A DNA stretch of 64,000 nucleotides, taken from the NCBI GenBank assembly GCA_965140785.1, contig OZ223473.1, positions 22,259 to 86,258 of the forward strand. The letters run 5' to 3'. Below are positions 32,135-45,337 of this stretch, piece by piece. Under the pieces are notes generated by a model that saw nothing but the letters and a program-made list of their open reading frames with translations, had not been told where the DNA came from and ran no database searches. Position 1 is the stretch's first letter. Each line of letters begins with the position of its first letter. This DNA comes from an uncultured Ruficoccus sp. Lineage in GTDB: Bacteria; Verrucomicrobiota; Verrucomicrobiia; Opitutales; Cerasicoccaceae. The translations under genes were made by a program, and so were the position numbers.

Positions 32135-34486
32135 ATGATGGTGCATGAGGAAGACCGGCGCGCCAGCCTCGGCGTGTCCGAATTCGCCCAGTTCAGCCTC
32201 GGCCCCCGGGGCGGACGCTCCGGCGCGGGTGGCCTGTGGAGGATGCGCACCGGCCTGGCCTGGCACCAAAATATCCAGCAGGCGGACGAGGCGGCACGGC
32301 CCGGTGTCAGCTCCGAGATTCCCATCTCCGGTCTTTGGCAACAAGACGGCTGGACCCTGCACCTGCACGGCCGTATCGACCAAGTGGAGGAAACGTTGGA
32401 GGGCTGGACCCTCCGCGAGATCAAAACCCTCGAGCACCGCCTGCCCCAGCCCGCCGCCGACCTGCGCGCGCGCTACCCGGCCTACTTCTGCCAACTGGCC
32501 GCCTACATCCGGCTGGCCCGCGTACTGCCGGAGTTTCGCGGCCTGCCCGTCAAGGGCGAGCTGGTCTTCGTCGAAATCAGCGAGGGCCTGCGCCAAGTCA
32601 TCCCGTTGACGGAGACTGACGAGACGGGCTTCGACCGGCAAGTGGACACCGTGTGCGCCTTTCTCAACGAGCGCCGCGATTCGGCCCAGCGTCGCCACTG
32701 CCTGTCCTTCATCCCGGCCTTCGAGACATTTCGGCCCGAGCAGATCCGCGCTCTGGACGAACTGAGCGAAAAAGCCGCCCGTGCCCGTACCATCCTGCTA
32801 GAGGCCCCGACCGGCTTCGGTAAGACCGGGCTCGTCCTCCAGCACGCGCTGGGACAGCTGCGCGACGGGCTCTTTGACAAGGTCATCTACTGCACCGGCA
32901 AATCCACCGGCCAGCTTCAGGTGGACCGGCAACTACGCCGCATGGCCGGGAGCCCCGAGGAACTGCGCACGCTCGTCTTTCGCAACCGCTCCGAACACGC
33001 CATTGCCACCGCCCTGCACACCTGCGACGCCACCGGCGGCTCCTGCAACGAAAACATCGAGGAGCTTTGGGCCCGCAGCGGCATCGTCCCCTGGCGCCTC
33101 TGGGAGGAGGGTCAGCCCGATCTGGAACGCGTCCGTCTGCTCGGGGCCGCCACCGGTGTGTGCCCGTACGAGATTTCTAAAAGCCTGCTGCCCCACGCCG
33201 ACGTCTGGGTCGGCGACTACAACTACGTCTTCTCGCCCTGGCACCAGCAGGTATTTCTGGAGAGCACGGGGTTCGACCCGGCCCGCACCCTGCTCATCGT
33301 GGACGAGGCGCACAATCTCGCCTCCCGTGTCGCGGCGCTCTTTTCCTTCGGCGAAACGGCCGCCGGGGCTCAACACCTGCTTGGCACCCTGCGCTACCTG
33401 GACTGCTCGCCGCGCTTTCTTTCCCTGTGCGAACAATGGGCCGACCTGCTCGAAAGCCTCCGCCCCCGCGACGCGCTCGATATGAGCACCGAGTACGAGA
33501 TTGCCGACCTGTTGGAGCAGCTGGCCAAGGGGGTTTATAGCGAGCGCATGCCCTGGGACGACTTTCAGCCCGGCACCACCGAGACCCTTCACCGTCTGCC
33601 CCGCCTGCACGCCATCATGAGCAGCGAGGGGCTGGACCGGCTCGCCTGGTCGCCCAACCGGGGCGAGCTGCGCGTCTCCTGCCTGGATGCTGCCGGAGAA
33701 ATCGCCGAGCGGCTGGAGAGCTTCGGCCAGAGCCTGCTCATGTCCGCCACACTCAGCCCGCTGGAAGATTTTTGTACCGAGACCGGTCTCGATGCCGACG
33801 CCGTCACGACCATCCGCGCCGGGGCTCCCTGGCGTGACGAAGCCTACCGCGTCGCCGTCGATGCCCGCGTCGATACCCGTCTCAACGCCCGCAGCCGCCA
33901 CGCCGCCACCACCGCCTCGACCATCGATGCCTTCTGCGCCGCCGACGCGCGGCCTACCGCAGTCTTTTTCCCCAGCTACCAGTACGCCGAGACGATCCGC
34001 ACCTACCTCTCGCAGCTCAACCCGCAGCTCGTCGTCGCCATGCAGCCGCGCGGGATCGACCTCAACGGGCAGCTCCACTTCATCGAGGAGAGCCTGCTGT
34101 GTGCGCATGCGGTTTTCTTCGTGCTCGGCAGCGGCTTCAGCGAGGGGATTGACGAACTGGGTGGGCGCATCGGCCAGGCCATGGTCGTCGGCCCTGCCCT
34201 CCCCGAAGTCAACGCCGAGCAAAAGGCCCGGCTGGCGCGCTTCGAACACCTGGGCCGCCCGGAGGCTTTCCGCCGCGTGTACCAGCTTCCAGCCATGCGC
34301 AAGATCAACCAGGCCCTGGGTCGCCTCGTGCGCGGCCCCGGCCAAAGCGCCCGCGTGCTGCTGCACTGCCGTCGCTTCGCCGACGCCTCCTACCAGCGCC
34401 TGCTCGACCCGGTCTTCCTACCCGAGGCCACCCTCTCCACCGACGCACAGTTGACCGACTGGCTCAGCGCCACCCCGGCGCGGTAG
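32135..34486 (+). CDS. Rad3/DinG-family helicase with N-terminal PD-(D/E)xK nuclease-like domain
   Basis: GRIDQ..REIKT..QLAAY; APTGFGKT, DEAHNL, QALGRLVR; CPYE Cys of the Fe-S region. Confidence 0.85.
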   Translation: MMVHEEDRRASLGVSEFAQFSLGPRGGRSGAGGLWRMRTGLAWHQNIQQADEAARPGVSSEIPISGLWQQDGWTLHLHGRIDQVEETLEGWTLREIKTLEHRLPQPAADLRARYPAYFCQLAAYIRLARVLPEFRGLPVKGELVFVEISEGLRQVIPLTETDETGFDRQVDTVCAFLNERRDSAQRRHCLSFIPAFETFRPEQIRALDELSEKAARARTILLEAPTGFGKTGLVLQHALGQLRDGLFDKVIYCTGKSTGQLQVDRQLRRMAGSPEELRTLVFRNRSEHAIATALHTCDATGGSCNENIEELWARSGIVPWRLWEEGQPDLERVRLLGAATGVCPYEISKSLLPHADVWVGDYNYVFSPWHQQVFLESTGFDPARTLLIVDEAHNLASRVAALFSFGETAAGAQHLLGTLRYLDCSPRFLSLCEQWADLLESLRPRDALDMSTEYEIADLLEQLAKGVYSERMPWDDFQPGTTETLHRLPRLHAIMSSEGLDRLAWSPNRGELRVSCLDAAGEIAERLESFGQSLLMSATLSPLEDFCTETGLDADAVTTIRAGAPWRDEAYRVAVDARVDTRLNARSRHAATTASTIDAFCAADARPTAVFFPSYQYAETIRTYLSQLNPQLVVAMQPRGIDLNGQLHFIEESLLCAHAVFFVLGSGFSEGIDELGGRIGQAMVVGPALPEVNAEQKARLARFEHLGRPEAFRRVYQLPAMRKINQALGRLVRGPGQSARVLLHCRRFADASYQRLLDPVFLPEATLSTDAQLTDWLSATPAR

Positions 34487-34515
34487 TAGAGTTGAGCAAT
34501 TAAAAGAAAAATGCG

Positions 34516-34600
34516 GTCACGACGCACGCGAAGAAAGCACAAAGGACACGAAGTTTACGTTGGCATGGTTCGACCCTGCCCTCTTCGTGCTCTTCGTGAC
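34516..34600. repeat. Inverted repeat with ~9-nt periodic arms
   Basis: GTCACGACG..CACGCGAAG..GACACGAAG ... CTTCGTGCT CTTCGTGAC. Confidence 0.7.
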
Positions 34601-34617
34601 CAGAGCGTCTTAAAAAC

Positions 34618-35820
<1,203 letters not shown>

Positions 35821-36036
35821 GGGATCGATCGTGTTCAAGTGGGGGTAAGTCGCCGGACGGATACCAATCGTCCGCCCTTGGCTCAAAGCGATTTTTTCTA
35901 AGGTTTGGCACCCGAAAAATCAATGCCGTTCGAGTATTTTCGCCTGTAAATTTGAACTGATAGGCAAGCTGATGTATGCTTGGCCGTCCCGCTCCCCTCC
36001 GCTCTTTCGGAACATCGCGTCGCCCTTATCTATGTA

Positions 36037-36507
36037 ATGAGAAAAAGTTATACTTATCTTGCTTTCATCGCCCTGTCGCTGGCCGGCGGATTGCTCATCG
36101 GCTATATTTTTCGCGCTGGAAGCTGGTACGCGGCCTTGGAGAAACCGGTCTTTAATCCGCCGGGCTGGGTTTTCGCGCCGGTATGGACCGTGCTCTATAT
36201 CCTGATCGGTATCGCGGGCGCACGCGTTTTTCTCAACCGCAGCATGCCCCTTCCAAGAGCGGCGGCCATTCGCGGCCTGTGGATCGGGCTGCTGGCTCTG
36301 AATTTCATGTGGACGCCGCTGTTCTTCGGGCTGCAATGGCCGGCAGTCGCGCTCGGCGTTGTGGCACTGCTCTTCGCGGGGATCGTAGCCTTCATTATCG
36401 CCTGTTGGTCACGGGACCGCACCGCCGCCTGGCTTTTCGTCCCCTACGCGGCCTGGATCGGATTCGCCACCGTGCTTAACGCCGCCATCGTCGTCCTCAA
36501 CCGCTGA
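36037..36507 (+). CDS. tspO: TspO/MBR family protein
   Basis: WYAALEKP, PPGWVFAPVWTVLY, LNFMWTPLFF, PYAAW. Confidence 0.92.
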   Translation: MRKSYTYLAFIALSLAGGLLIGYIFRAGSWYAALEKPVFNPPGWVFAPVWTVLYILIGIAGARVFLNRSMPLPRAAAIRGLWIGLLALNFMWTPLFFGLQWPAVALGVVALLFAGIVAFIIACWSRDRTAAWLFVPYAAWIGFATVLNAAIVVLNR

Positions 36508-36602
36508 GGCCTCACCGCTGATCGGTCGGCACAATTAATGCCAACTTTTCGGGCAACTCGCGCCCCGACGTCTGCTTGCCGCGCCGCTGCCCACAAACGC
36601 AC

Positions 36603-36638
36603 AAAAAACCCGCACGGCTAGTAACCATACGGGTTTTT
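36603..36638. terminator. Bidirectional terminator between tspO and tRNA-Thr
   Basis: AAAAAACCCG...CGGGTTTTT. Confidence 0.65.
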
Positions 36639-36651
36639 CAGGGAAAAGTCA

Positions 36652-36727
36652 TGGAGCCATCCATCGGATTCGAACCGACGACCTGCTCATTACGAGTGAG
36701 CTGCTCTACCAACTGAGCTAGGATGGC
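36652..36727 (-). tRNA. tRNA-Thr(CGT)
   Basis: GCCATCCTAGCTCAGTTGGTAGAGC...CTCGTAA...GGTTCGAATCCGATGGATGGCTCCA, 76 nt. Confidence 0.97.
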
Positions 36728-37027
36728 CCGCTGAAAAACGGGTAATCAAACGTCCCTGCCGGGCCCGTGCAAGCCTATTTCTGACTTTTGCGGTTCTGCG
36801 GGACAGGCGTCTTTCCGGCTCAGATGGGGCGAAAGCTCCGTTACTTCATATCAGCCCTGCATCGTGAGAATCATAGATGCCCTCCCGGTACAGCGGCCTT
36901 TCTGCCCGCGTAGGGGCAAAGGCCCTCATTCGGATCAAACGCCGAGCGTTTGCCTGTGCCTGCAAATGACGCCGGTCGCACAAAGGCGAACCGGCGTCAC
37001 TAATCGGGGTAAAGTATCGAAAAAGCC

Positions 37028-37789
<762 letters not shown>

Positions 37790-37820
37790 AGCTTAAAAAC
37801 TTTGCTGATGATTAATGGCC

Positions 37821-39792
<1,972 letters not shown>

Positions 39793-39794
39793 GC

Positions 39795-40622
39795 TTAGCG
39801 TCCTTCGTTCAAAGTTACGAACTGCGTGGTGGCGTCCTGCCCGTCATGGACGGAGACTTCAGCGGTCGGGGCGTTGGCCCATTCGGCCTGCTTTTCGGCG
39901 AGGTAGGCTTTGCCGTGGCCGAAGAACAGCACGGAGGCCGGGATCGAGGCGAAGCCGAGGAAGATGAACAGCCCGTAGGCCGAGGCGAGGCACTTGAGGC
40001 GGCCGCGCCAGACTTCGTTACGCACGCCCAGGGACTGGAACATGCTCGTGACCCCGTGGGTCAGGTGCAGGCAGAGCAGCCCCACCGCGATGATATAGAA
40101 GATCGAAACGATCGGGCTGGAGAAGCCCTGAACCATCATCGCAAACACGTCGAAGTACTCCAGGTGCACGTGGGCGACCTCCACCGGGGCCTGCCCGATG
40201 GTCTGGTTGTAGTGCTCCGGCACGACACGCGCGGTGTACTGCAGGATGTGGAAGATGATGAAGGCGAGGATAATCACCCCGCTCATCGGCATCGTCCGCG
40301 CGGCGTAGTCGCTTTCGCGGAAGCCCTGCTTGGCATAGTTTTGGGGGCGGGCTTCACGGTTTTCCTTCACCAGCAGAATGGCCATAGCGATATGGACGAC
40401 CACACAGGCCAGCAGAAACGCGCGGATAATCCACAGCGTGACCGGGTGACCGGGCAGGTGATGCAGGTGGTAGGCATAGGCGTTGATCATCTCTGGGGGC
40501 CCGAAAAATTGCAGGTTGCCCAGCATGTGTCCGAGGACGAACAACACCAATATGATGCCTGATCCAGCCATCAGGTATTTTTTGACCAGTGAAGGGAGAA
40601 TTACTTTCTTGGCAGCGCTCAT
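39795..40622 (-). CDS. sdhC: Succinate dehydrogenase cytochrome b subunit
   Basis: KKYLMA, HMLGNL, conserved His in TMs, FQSLG. Confidence 0.92.
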   Translation of the reverse strand: MSAAKKVILPSLVKKYLMAGSGIILVLFVLGHMLGNLQFFGPPEMINAYAYHLHHLPGHPVTLWIIRAFLLACVVVHIAMAILLVKENREARPQNYAKQGFRESDYAARTMPMSGVIILAFIIFHILQYTARVVPEHYNQTIGQAPVEVAHVHLEYFDVFAMMVQGFSSPIVSIFYIIAVGLLCLHLTHGVTSMFQSLGVRNEVWRGRLKCLASAYGLFIFLGFASIPASVLFFGHGKAYLAEKQAEWANAPTAEVSVHDGQDATTQFVTLNEGR

Positions 40623-41153
40623 GGTTCATGCGACGGCCATGGGCAAATCCCATAACCTTTGCTTATGCTGCAACTTGAACGACACACTCAGCAGATGCAA
40701 CTGTACTAAAGCAAGAAAGCTTAATATAAGTGCCCTCCTTACGCAGAATTAGATTAGTTAATCAAATCCCAGCATTAGAAACGCGAATGGGTCTCAATTC
40801 TATCTTGAACCGTTGGCAGCGAGGCAAATTCCGGTGCGGGCTTGAACGCGGTAGCCCCGTGTCCAAATGGGATTCCAAGGACTCAATGGCCCCTCCCTGC
40901 CCTGCCCGCTTGCCGTACCAACCCACATTGCCGACGATTCCGGCGGGAGGGAGCCGCTTGAAAAAAACTAATATTGCGCGACAATCACTGGGATAAGGCA
41001 TTACCCTGCCCTTTGGGGTGCCAACACACCACTGGGACCGCTCTGGCCAAGTTTTCCGGACAGGCAAATACATAGCTGCCACAAGCCTCCGGTGGTCACC
41101 GGAGCAAGGGTCCTTTTTGCGTATTGAGCGCACTCCGGACAGCTCCTTGCTGC

Positions 41154-41624
41154 CTAGCGCCGTTTCAGGACCTCGGTGGTCTCCGCCGACAGTGTCGAGG
41201 AGTCTTGGAAGCTGGCAACTTTCCAGGCCGAATTCTGTTTGACCAATGTAACCATATGACGGTCCCGGCGATCCTTTGCCCCCCAGTAGGTGTCCTCACC
41301 TTCCGGGTCAACCCGAATGTGGCACAAGACAACGAGCTGGACCGTTTTGCCATCGGTCGAGTCGCTACGACTCAAAAACTCGTACCAGGTCAACCGGGGC
41401 TCACCACCCAGGCGCTTCATGCGCTCGCTGTTGACCGCGAAAGCCTGGATGGGTTGATCGGTCGCGATGATATTCTTAACCCGTGCACTGTCTCCCTCCA
41501 GCAGAGCTGAGACGTAGCTCTTGTAAACCAGAGCCGGCTGGCTGAAATGGGTCGTGGCATACCCGTAAAAGGCATAGCCCACTCCAGCGAGCAGCAGGAG
41601 CAAGATCAGGGTCTTCAGTTTCAT
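41154..41624 (-). CDS. Hypothetical exported protein (possible NTF2-like fold)
   Basis: N-terminal TM; VTLVKQNSAWKV end. Confidence 0.6.
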   Translation of the reverse strand: MKLKTLILLLLLAGVGYAFYGYATTHFSQPALVYKSYVSALLEGDSARVKNIIATDQPIQAFAVNSERMKRLGGEPRLTWYEFLSRSDSTDGKTVQLVVLCHIRVDPEGEDTYWGAKDRRDRHMVTLVKQNSAWKVASFQDSSTLSAETTEVLKRR

Positions 41625-41846
41625 GGGCCGATGGGGGGGGCAACTCGTCACGGTCTAAAATACCACAGCATGGGCAAATTGCCTATCAGGGGTTTTAGCG
41701 AATAAAGACGGTTGATTTTGCTAAGGTTGGGGCGACATATAGACCTATTTAAAGTAGGCTAAAGTCCTCATACTCAAAAAAAGAGCAAATCGCAAAGCAA
41801 AAACTTACGCCCGGATGTTTATTCTCAACGGGAATCATCTGCATGA

Positions 41847-43160
41847 CTACTCGGCCATGCGGGCCACAGCTTCATCCAGTGAAACCAGGCTCTCATCTCC
41901 GTTGGTCAGATTGCGCAGCTTGAGCTTATCCGCCCCGACTTCTTCCTCACCAAAGATAAGCGCGAAACGCGCGCCGGAGGCCCCGGCGGTCTTGAACTGC
42001 TTGCCGAAGCCCTGCTGTTTGAGCGGGTGGTCGATCTTGAAACCCTGGGCCCGCAGCGTGGCCACCCCGTGCAGCGCGGCGCGGCGCTCGGCCTCGCCGT
42101 TGCCGACGACCACGTAGCCGTCGAGCTGGGGTTTCGGGTCGGGCAGCAGCTTGCAGTCCTCCAGCAGATCACGCAGGGTCACGTCACCCATGCCAAAGCC
42201 CACCGCCGGCATCGGCTGGCCGCCGAGCTTTTCCACCAAATGGTCGTAGCGTCCGCCCCCGGCCAGCGCCCGGCCCCTACCCACCGTCTGGAAGGCCTCG
42301 AAAACGAACCCGGTATAATAAGCCAATCCGCGAACGATCCCCAAATCCACGCGGATAAAGCCGGCCAGGCCCATGGCATCGAGGTGGGCCAGCAGCTCAC
42401 GCCACTGGTCCAGCCGCTTGAGCACGCGAGCACTGCTCTCGATCCCTTTGCCCCGGTCGGCGAAAAACGCTTCCACCGCCTCCAGCGACTCGCACTCGAC
42501 CAGCCTGGCCGCGTCGGCCAGCACGGCCTCGGCGCTGGGCACGCCCTTGTCCTGCATCATCTTGAGCAGAGACTCGGGCGACTCGCGCTCCATCTTGTCG
42601 ATGACGTTGAGCGCGGCGGTGGCGGGATCGCCGGTTAGGCCGTGCTGTTCAAGCAGCAGCAACCACAAGTCGCGGTCGCTCAGGCGCAGGACGAATTCCT
42701 TCTCGCTCAAGCCGAAGGCGCACAGGGTGGAAATCAGCAGCGCGATAGCCTCGGCGTCCGCCGCGGGCGAGGATTCACCCAAAATGTCGGCGTTGAACTG
42801 GTAGTGCGAGCGCAGGCGGCCCTTCTGCGGTTTTTCGTAGCGGAAATTCTCGGCAATGCCGAACCACTTGACCGGGCGCTTAATGCTCCCGGCCTTGGCG
42901 CCAACCAGCCGGGCCAGCGTCGGGGTCAGCTCCGGACGCAGGGTGACGGCGCGCCCGCCTTTATCCTCGAAGTTGAAGAGCTGGCTGACAATCTCGTCGC
43001 CGCTCTTGGCCGTGATCAGCTCCAGCGGCTCCAGCAGCGGGCCGTCGAACTCCTGGAAGGCGAAGCGCAGGGCCGACTGCCGCCACACGCCGAAGAGGTA
43101 ATTGCGGATGGCGCAGTCCTCCGGATAAAATTCACGAAAACCAGGCAGAGTCTGAAACAT
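41847..43160 (-). CDS. hisS: Histidine--tRNA ligase
   Basis: LRPELT, FRYEKPQKGR, VRGLAYYTG, GGGRYD. Confidence 0.96.
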   Translation of the reverse strand: MFQTLPGFREFYPEDCAIRNYLFGVWRQSALRFAFQEFDGPLLEPLELITAKSGDEIVSQLFNFEDKGGRAVTLRPELTPTLARLVGAKAGSIKRPVKWFGIAENFRYEKPQKGRLRSHYQFNADILGESSPAADAEAIALLISTLCAFGLSEKEFVLRLSDRDLWLLLLEQHGLTGDPATAALNVIDKMERESPESLLKMMQDKGVPSAEAVLADAARLVECESLEAVEAFFADRGKGIESSARVLKRLDQWRELLAHLDAMGLAGFIRVDLGIVRGLAYYTGFVFEAFQTVGRGRALAGGGRYDHLVEKLGGQPMPAVGFGMGDVTLRDLLEDCKLLPDPKPQLDGYVVVGNGEAERRAALHGVATLRAQGFKIDHPLKQQGFGKQFKTAGASGARFALIFGEEEVGADKLKLRNLTNGDESLVSLDEAVARMAE

Positions 43161-43275
43161 AGCGCTCAAAAGCATGCCGCCGACGCCCGTTTGGCAACGG
43201 TAAAAAACGCCGGGCACTAGCTCAACCCGTCCTGGCGAGCAGCGCCCTCTGTTGCCCTGATCAAGCCGTCCGCTC

Positions 43276-44181
43276 TCAGACGCGGGTGTGGCGACGACGC
43301 AGGAAAACACACCCCAAAGCAAGTATCCCGAGGATCAGTGCGACCAGCGAAGGCTCGGGGACCATGGGCAGCGAGAAAACATCCATCTGCCCAACGAGCC
43401 ACCCCTCAAAATTCTGAGGGTCGGAGTTGTGGGTCTCGCCGAGCATCCAGCCATTATACGTGCTATCCCATGACACATCGACCAGGTAGTTACTGGCCAC
43501 TCCGGAATCCGAATCGGTGATCCAAAGCCCCGTCAGCATATCATCCACCATCTCATAACCCCAGAGAGCAAGCGCATGCGCATGGTTGTTTGCGTGATTA
43601 AAGATCACCAGCGAAGACAGGCTGTCCGCCTGAATGGTGTTGGCCAGCAAGCCCGTGAACAGCGACGGGGCGACGGGCGTCTCTTCATTATAAATATTGG
43701 TCAAGGTGTAGATCGTGTCCTTGTTCAGCCCAAGTTCGGTCCAATAGCCGCCACTGGCCGCGTCCGGCTTCAGTTGCGAGGCACCAGCCAGGTAGGTGAA
43801 GACCCCGCAGTACCACCACTGCATGGCGATGTAGGGCTCGCCGCCCAGATTCGTCCAGCTATCGACAAAGGTCGCGAACACATCCGTCGAGTACGCGGTC
43901 TGGGTGACCTGTCCGTTGGGGGTGCCTGCCGGGATGGTACCGCCGTTTTGCACCCATTGGTCCTGCCAGTTCTGGATCAGATTACTCGCCGCCGCCGCCC
44001 AACACAGCTCATTATCTTGGCCGTTGAAAAGCTTCTGCACCGCATAGCGGGTATCACCGGCATAGGTGCTGCTGACCATATAGGTTTCCGCCCGCAACGC
44101 GGATAGCGCCAAAACCATGGCGATCGTCAGGAGGACAATACGCCCACTCACGTCCGTCCCCTTAGGAACCGCCCACCTCAT
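43276..44181 (-). CDS. IdeS/Mac-like cysteine endopeptidase with PEP-CTERM anchor (start uncertain)
   Basis: LCWAAAASN, HALALWGY, ITDSD; VPEP + TM + RRR. Confidence 0.75.
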   Translation of the reverse strand: MRWAVPKGTDVSGRIVLLTIAMVLALSALRAETYMVSSTYAGDTRYAVQKLFNGQDNELCWAAAASNLIQNWQDQWVQNGGTIPAGTPNGQVTQTAYSTDVFATFVDSWTNLGGEPYIAMQWWYCGVFTYLAGASQLKPDAASGGYWTELGLNKDTIYTLTNIYNEETPVAPSLFTGLLANTIQADSLSSLVIFNHANNHAHALALWGYEMVDDMLTGLWITDSDSGVASNYLVDVSWDSTYNGWMLGETHNSDPQNFEGWLVGQMDVFSLPMVPEPSLVALILGILALGCVFLRRRHTRV

Positions 44182-44286
44182 GTCCAGAGGCTCCGATATT
44201 TCTGCGTTCAAAGCAATTGCTATCTTATCTTTCCCGCAGCCGAATGCACGTGCACGGCGACGTGTCTGGCCAGATCAGCCGGCACG

Positions 44287-44305
44287 TTTGAAACTCAATC
44301 TCAAT
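44287..44305. promoter_or_regulatory. Possible Fur-type box
   Basis: TTTGAAACTCAATCTCAAT imperfect palindrome upstream of the haem-binding gene. Confidence 0.4.
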
Positions 44306-44375
44306 CAACAGCTTAATCTCTTCGCGCTGAGATCAAAGCCTTGCATTTATCTGGCTGGCGATAACAATATCTCGC

Positions 44376-44807
44376 ATGAAAAAAGCCCTTCGTATTTTGC
44401 TCTCCATCATCATCCTCGGTTTCATCGCCATCCAGTTTATCCCCGTCGCACGGACCAACCCGCCCGTGCAAGTTGAGCCAAAATGGAACTCACCCCGCAC
44501 GAAGGAGCTTTTCGCCCGCGCCTGCGCCGACTGCCACAGCAACCAAACCGTCTGGCCCTGGTACGCGAAGGTGTACCCTGTCTCGGCTTGGGTCGCCGGC
44601 CACGTCAACGAGGGACGCGAGCACTTCAACATCAATGAAAAGGGCTATGGCCACGCTGACGAGGCCGCCGAAGCCGTCGAGGAGGGCTGGATGCCGCTGG
44701 AGAGCTACCTGCCCATGCACCCCGAGGCCAAGCTCACTCCCGAGGAAAAGAAAGAACTGGCCGCCGGGCTCAAGGCCACGTTCGGGAGCGAAGAGGAGCA
44801 CGACTGA
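44376..44807 (+). CDS. Haem-binding (cytochrome c-like) domain protein
   Basis: ACADCHSN, WPWY, MPLESY. Confidence 0.88.
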   Translation: MKKALRILLSIIILGFIAIQFIPVARTNPPVQVEPKWNSPRTKELFARACADCHSNQTVWPWYAKVYPVSAWVAGHVNEGREHFNINEKGYGHADEAAEAVEEGWMPLESYLPMHPEAKLTPEEKKELAAGLKATFGSEEEHD

Positions 44808-44810
44808 TCC

Positions 44811-45092
44811 GTGCCCCCTTCCGAGCCACCCTCACGCCTCGCGGTCAAGGTCGTACCCTCTTCCTCCCGCAACGCTCCGGCGGGCTGGCTCGGCGAGGCT
44901 TTTAAAATCAAAGTCCAGGCCCCGCCCGAACGCGGCAAGGCCAACAAGGCAGTGACGAAGCTTCTCGCCGAATGGCTCGACGTATCCGAAAACTCGATAC
45001 ACCTGCTCTCCGGCGACACCTCCCCGAGCAAGGTCTTCGAGATCGAAGGGCTCACTGCGGCCGAGGTGCGCCAACGGCTCGATAAGGTGTGA
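44811..45092 (+). CDS. DUF167 (YggU) protein
   Basis: APPERGKAN, GDTSPSK. Confidence 0.9.
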   Translation: MPPSEPPSRLAVKVVPSSSRNAPAGWLGEAFKIKVQAPPERGKANKAVTKLLAEWLDVSENSIHLLSGDTSPSKVFEIEGLTAAEVRQRLDKV

Positions 45093-45098
45093 TTTTTT

Positions 45099-45331
45099 GC
45101 GGGGCTACGCGGTGCGTGACCGCACTGGACATTGAGGGGGACAAGTCCCCCTACGCTCCTTGCAGTTGCTACCCCAGCAACGCACCACGTGCAAAATGGT
45201 AGCACCCAGTTTTGATGCTCTGCTCAGCGATTACGTGAAACAGCTTTGTTGTTTCACGTAATCGCTGACACGATGCGCAGCATCGAAAGTGCAGGCTCTG
45301 CCTGCTGCGGGTGTGGGGCGCACAGCCCCAC
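45099..45331. repeat. Composite multi-hairpin intergenic element, copy A
   Basis: Inverted homolog of 51284-51541; shares ACCCAGTTTTGATGC and AGCATCGAAAGTGCAGGCT. Confidence 0.75.
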
Positions 45332-45337
45332 AAACAT

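Noticed and set aside
36652..36727. tRNA-Thr or tRNA-Cys as an island integration site
   Set aside because: No integrase and no duplicated tRNA 3' end seen
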